Shown: in pieces, positions 29,723 through 32,000 of the stretch
Numbering within the stretch: position 1 is the stretch's first letter
Layout: each line of letters begins with the position of its first letter
NCBI GenBank assembly: GCA_015063035.1
Contig: SUTG01000015.1
Span: 8,389-40,388, forward strand
From: Methanobrevibacter olleyae
Lineage (GTDB): Archaea; Methanobacteriota; Methanobacteria; Methanobacteriales; Methanobacteriaceae
Length of the DNA stretch: 32,000 bases
Direction: 5' to 3'
The notes under the pieces: model-generated
The model's input: the letters and a program-made list of their open reading frames with translations, nothing else
What the model was told of the DNA's origin: nothing
The model's database searches: none
Program-made: the position numbers and the translations under genes

Positions 29723-29783
29723 AATGCAAAAAATAGAATTAAAGTTTTTTTAAAAAAATTAATTCAAAAAATAAAGAATAGAG

Positions 29784-29855
29784 TGGTTCCGACGAGATTC
29801 GAACTCGTGATCCTCTCGTTGTAAGCGAGATATCATACCCCTAGACCACGGAACC
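29784..29855 (-). tRNA. tRNA-Val: tRNA-Val (anticodon UAC), copy 2, identical to copy 1
   Basis: The 72-nt sequence is the same as at 29651-29722. The two copies are separated by a 61-nt AT-rich spacer. Confidence 0.9.
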
Positions 29856-29883
29856 ATACTACATAATAAATATTGTTAACATC

Positions 29884-29899
29884 TTATTTAAAACTTTCG
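29884..29899 (-). promoter_or_regulatory. Archaeal BRE/TATA promoter for the tRNA-Val pair
   Basis: The minus strand reads CGAAAG-TTTTAAATAA. The TATA box ends 28 nt upstream of the mature tRNA 5' end at 29855. Confidence 0.45.
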
Positions 29900-30060
29900 A
29901 TGGAGAAGATTTAAAATAAAAATCTTTGGTTTAATCTTAAAAAAATAAGAGATAAATGAATAAAATGCAAAAATATCTAATGAAAAATCTTTAAAATAAG
30001 CAATATATTTAAAATATAAAAAATAAATAGTTAATAAAGGAATTATTTTTAAAAACCTTT

Positions 30061-30084
30061 TAATCAGGCACTAGGTGCCGATTA
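30061..30084. promoter_or_regulatory. GC-containing imperfect palindrome upstream of ilvE (candidate regulator site)
   Basis: The sequence is taatc-a-ggcac-tag-gtgcc-gatta. The arms are 5+4 bp with one bulged A. It lies about 85 nt upstream of the ilvE ATG in an otherwise AT-rich spacer. Confidence 0.25.
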
Positions 30085-30167
30085 ACCAAACAATTCTTAT
30101 AATTAACTACATTGACATAAAATTTGACATTGAAGAAATACTTTTAAAAAAACAAAAAGGTGAAAAT

Positions 30168-31091
30168 ATGGCATTTGATGAAAATTTAAAAGTTTGGATG
30201 GATGGAGAATTCGTAGCATTAAAAGATGCTAAAATCAGCGTTCTCTCTCACGTAGTCCACTATGGAACTGCAGTATTCGAAGGTATAAGATGTTATGAAA
30301 CTGAAAATGGACCTGCTGTATTCCGTTTAAAAGAACACGTACAAAGATTATTTGATTCCGCTAAAATTTACAAGATGGACATTCCATTTACTCAAGAAGA
30401 AATCTGTGATGCAATCATAGCAACCATTAAGGAAAACAACTTAAAAGGCTGTTACATCAGACCAATCACTTTCAGAGGCTTTGGCGAATTAGGTGTAAAC
30501 CCATTAAACTGTCCTGTAAACACCACCATTGCGGTCTGGGAATGGGGAGCATACATTGGAGAAGAGGAAATGGAACAAGGTGCAAACATCGGCATTTCCA
30601 CTTGGAGAAAACCTGCACCAGGAACATTGCCTGTTCTTGCAAAAGCTGCAGCTAACTACATGAACTCCCAACTTGCAAACTTGGAAGCAGGAGAACATGG
30701 ATACGATGAGGCTATCCAATTGGATTATCACGGACATGTTGCAGAAGGTAGTGGAGAAAACATTTTCATCGTTGAAGATGGCAAACTCATCACTCCAGAC
30801 TTAGGTTCTTCCATCCTTAGAGGAATTACCAGAGACAGCATCATGACCATTGCAAAGGACTTAGGCTATGAAGTCTCTGAAGAAACCATCTCCAGAGAAA
30901 GATTATACTTAGCTGATGAAGTGTTCTTCACTGGAAGTGCAGCAGAAGTCACTCCAATTCGTGCAATCGACAACAGGCAAATCGGAATTGGATCCAGAGG
31001 CCCTGTAACTAAAGAATTGCAGGAAAAATACTTCGATGCAGTATATGGAAGATCTGAAGACATTCATAATTGGTTAACTTATGTCGAATAG
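30168..31091 (+). CDS. ilvE: Branched-chain amino acid aminotransferase (class IV)
   Basis: The ATG at 30168 has AAAGGTGA 5 nt upstream. The product begins [37 protein letters not shown] and [12 protein letters not shown] are present. The ORF-track extension to 30075 is unlikely. Confidence 0.85.
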   Translation: MAFDENLKVWMDGEFVALKDAKISVLSHVVHYGTAVFEGIRCYETENGPAVFRLKEHVQRLFDSAKIYKMDIPFTQEEICDAIIATIKENNLKGCYIRPITFRGFGELGVNPLNCPVNTTIAVWEWGAYIGEEEMEQGANIGISTWRKPAPGTLPVLAKAAANYMNSQLANLEAGEHGYDEAIQLDYHGHVAEGSGENIFIVEDGKLITPDLGSSILRGITRDSIMTIAKDLGYEVSEETISRERLYLADEVFFTGSAAEVTPIRAIDNRQIGIGSRGPVTKELQEKYFDAVYGRSEDIHNWLTYVE

Positions 31092-31175
31092 ACATGAGTT
31101 AATTAAATTTTTTTTAAAGCTTTTTAAAACTTAACTAATTAAAAATTTTTATAAAAAACTAAACGAGTTGAAATA

Positions 31176-32000
31176 ATGGATATTATTCAAGCAATGATCA
31201 TTGGACTTGTCCAAGGATTAACTGAATTTCTGCCTGTAAGCAGTTCCGCTCATTTGATTTTTGCCCAACAGGCATTAGGTGTCGGGGACGTTGGACTCGC
31301 TTTTGATGTGTTGATGCATGTAGGAACCCTTGTGGCTGTAATAGTGTATTTCTTTAATGATATTGTGAATATGATTAAAGGATTCCTTTTAAGTCTTGTT
31401 GACTTAAAGGAAGGGAAATTCATGGGAGAAATCAAAAAAGACCCTTACAAGAAATTGGCTTGGCTTACAATATTGGCCACAATCCCTATAGGAATTGTAG
31501 GAGTCTTGTTTAACGATATTGTAGAATCAATGTTTCATGGATTGACCATACCAGCATTCCTATTATTAATAACCGGTTGCCTTTTATATGTGTCCCAAAG
31601 AATGAACAGCGGCAGAATAGATGTTAGAAACATGACCATTAAAGAAGCTCTTATCATGGGATGCGGACAGGCATTGGCTATTTTGCCGGGGCTTTCCCGT
31701 TCCGGTACCACAATAGCTGCAGGATTGTTTGCAGGATTGGATAAGGAATTTGCCGCTAAATTCAGTTTCATCTTATCAATTCCAGCAATCTTAGGTGCAG
31801 CGGTTTTCCAACTCAAGGACTTAAGTGGAGGAAGCGTTGAAATAAGTGCTTGCATTGCAGGATTTGTCGTTGCAGTTATTTCCGGATACTTGGCTATAAG
31901 CGTATTGCTTAAGATCGTTAGAGAAAAAAGCCTGGACATATTCGCATACTACTGTTGGATTGTAGGATTAATAGTGCTGGTTGGAAGTTTAATACTCTAA
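31176..32000 (+). CDS. uppP: Undecaprenyl-diphosphate phosphatase (UppP/BacA)
   Basis: 274-aa ORF, complete, with the stop at 31998-32000. The motifs are GLTEFLPVSSSAHL and PGLSRSGTTI. Multiple TM helices are predicted. Confidence 0.85.
   Translation: MDIIQAMIIGLVQGLTEFLPVSSSAHLIFAQQALGVGDVGLAFDVLMHVGTLVAVIVYFFNDIVNMIKGFLLSLVDLKEGKFMGEIKKDPYKKLAWLTILATIPIGIVGVLFNDIVESMFHGLTIPAFLLLITGCLLYVSQRMNSGRIDVRNMTIKEALIMGCGQALAILPGLSRSGTTIAAGLFAGLDKEFAAKFSFILSIPAILGAAVFQLKDLSGGSVEISACIAGFVVAVISGYLAISVLLKIVREKSLDIFAYYCWIVGLIVLVGSLIL

Noticed and set aside
29467-29724. 85-aa ORF from the six-frame track
   Set aside because: It runs through tRNA-Val copy 1 and a low-complexity A/T-rich tandem repeat. The translated sequence is F/I/K-rich junk with no SD sequence.
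29651-29855. Duplicated tRNA as attL/attR of an integrated element
   Set aside because: Identity ends exactly at the tRNA boundaries. Only 61 nt separate the copies, and no integrase or cargo lies between or beside them.

Overview
AT-rich archaeal chromosome segment. Gene content suggests a Methanobacteriales, Methanobrevibacter-like methanogen: two MurD-like pseudomurein-type Mur ligases, a Kae1-Bud32 fusion, Hef, a uS15/RecJ-like pair, archaeal-type CobT and UppP. I support about 27 protein genes, 23 of them on the minus strand, plus two identical tandem tRNA-Val(UAC) genes. Most are housekeeping: bioA/bioD/bioB, trmI, hef, AcnX-type dehydratase, cysteine synthase family, ITPase, kae1-bud32, cobT, surE, thyA, ilvE, uppP. 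A vapBC pair is also present. No rRNA, CRISPR array or cas genes were seen. The main observation is a 5.9-kb cassette that separates bioB-bioD from bioA. It encodes a signal-anchored bacterial-type tannase with its Ser/Asp/His triad motifs intact, a secreted beta-helix protein (Cthe_2159-like) and an Rpn/YhgA-like PD-(D/E)XK putative transposase. A perfect 45-bp triplication abuts the bioA start codon. Second, a paralogous Rpn-like gene is split by a perfect 50-bp tandem duplication that causes a frameshift. Third, most of the larger intergenic regions carry a 39-50 bp tandem duplication. Fourth, one gene encodes a membrane-anchored Mrr-cat-like protein with a long disordered linker. All family calls come from motif recognition by eye. 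No searches were run.
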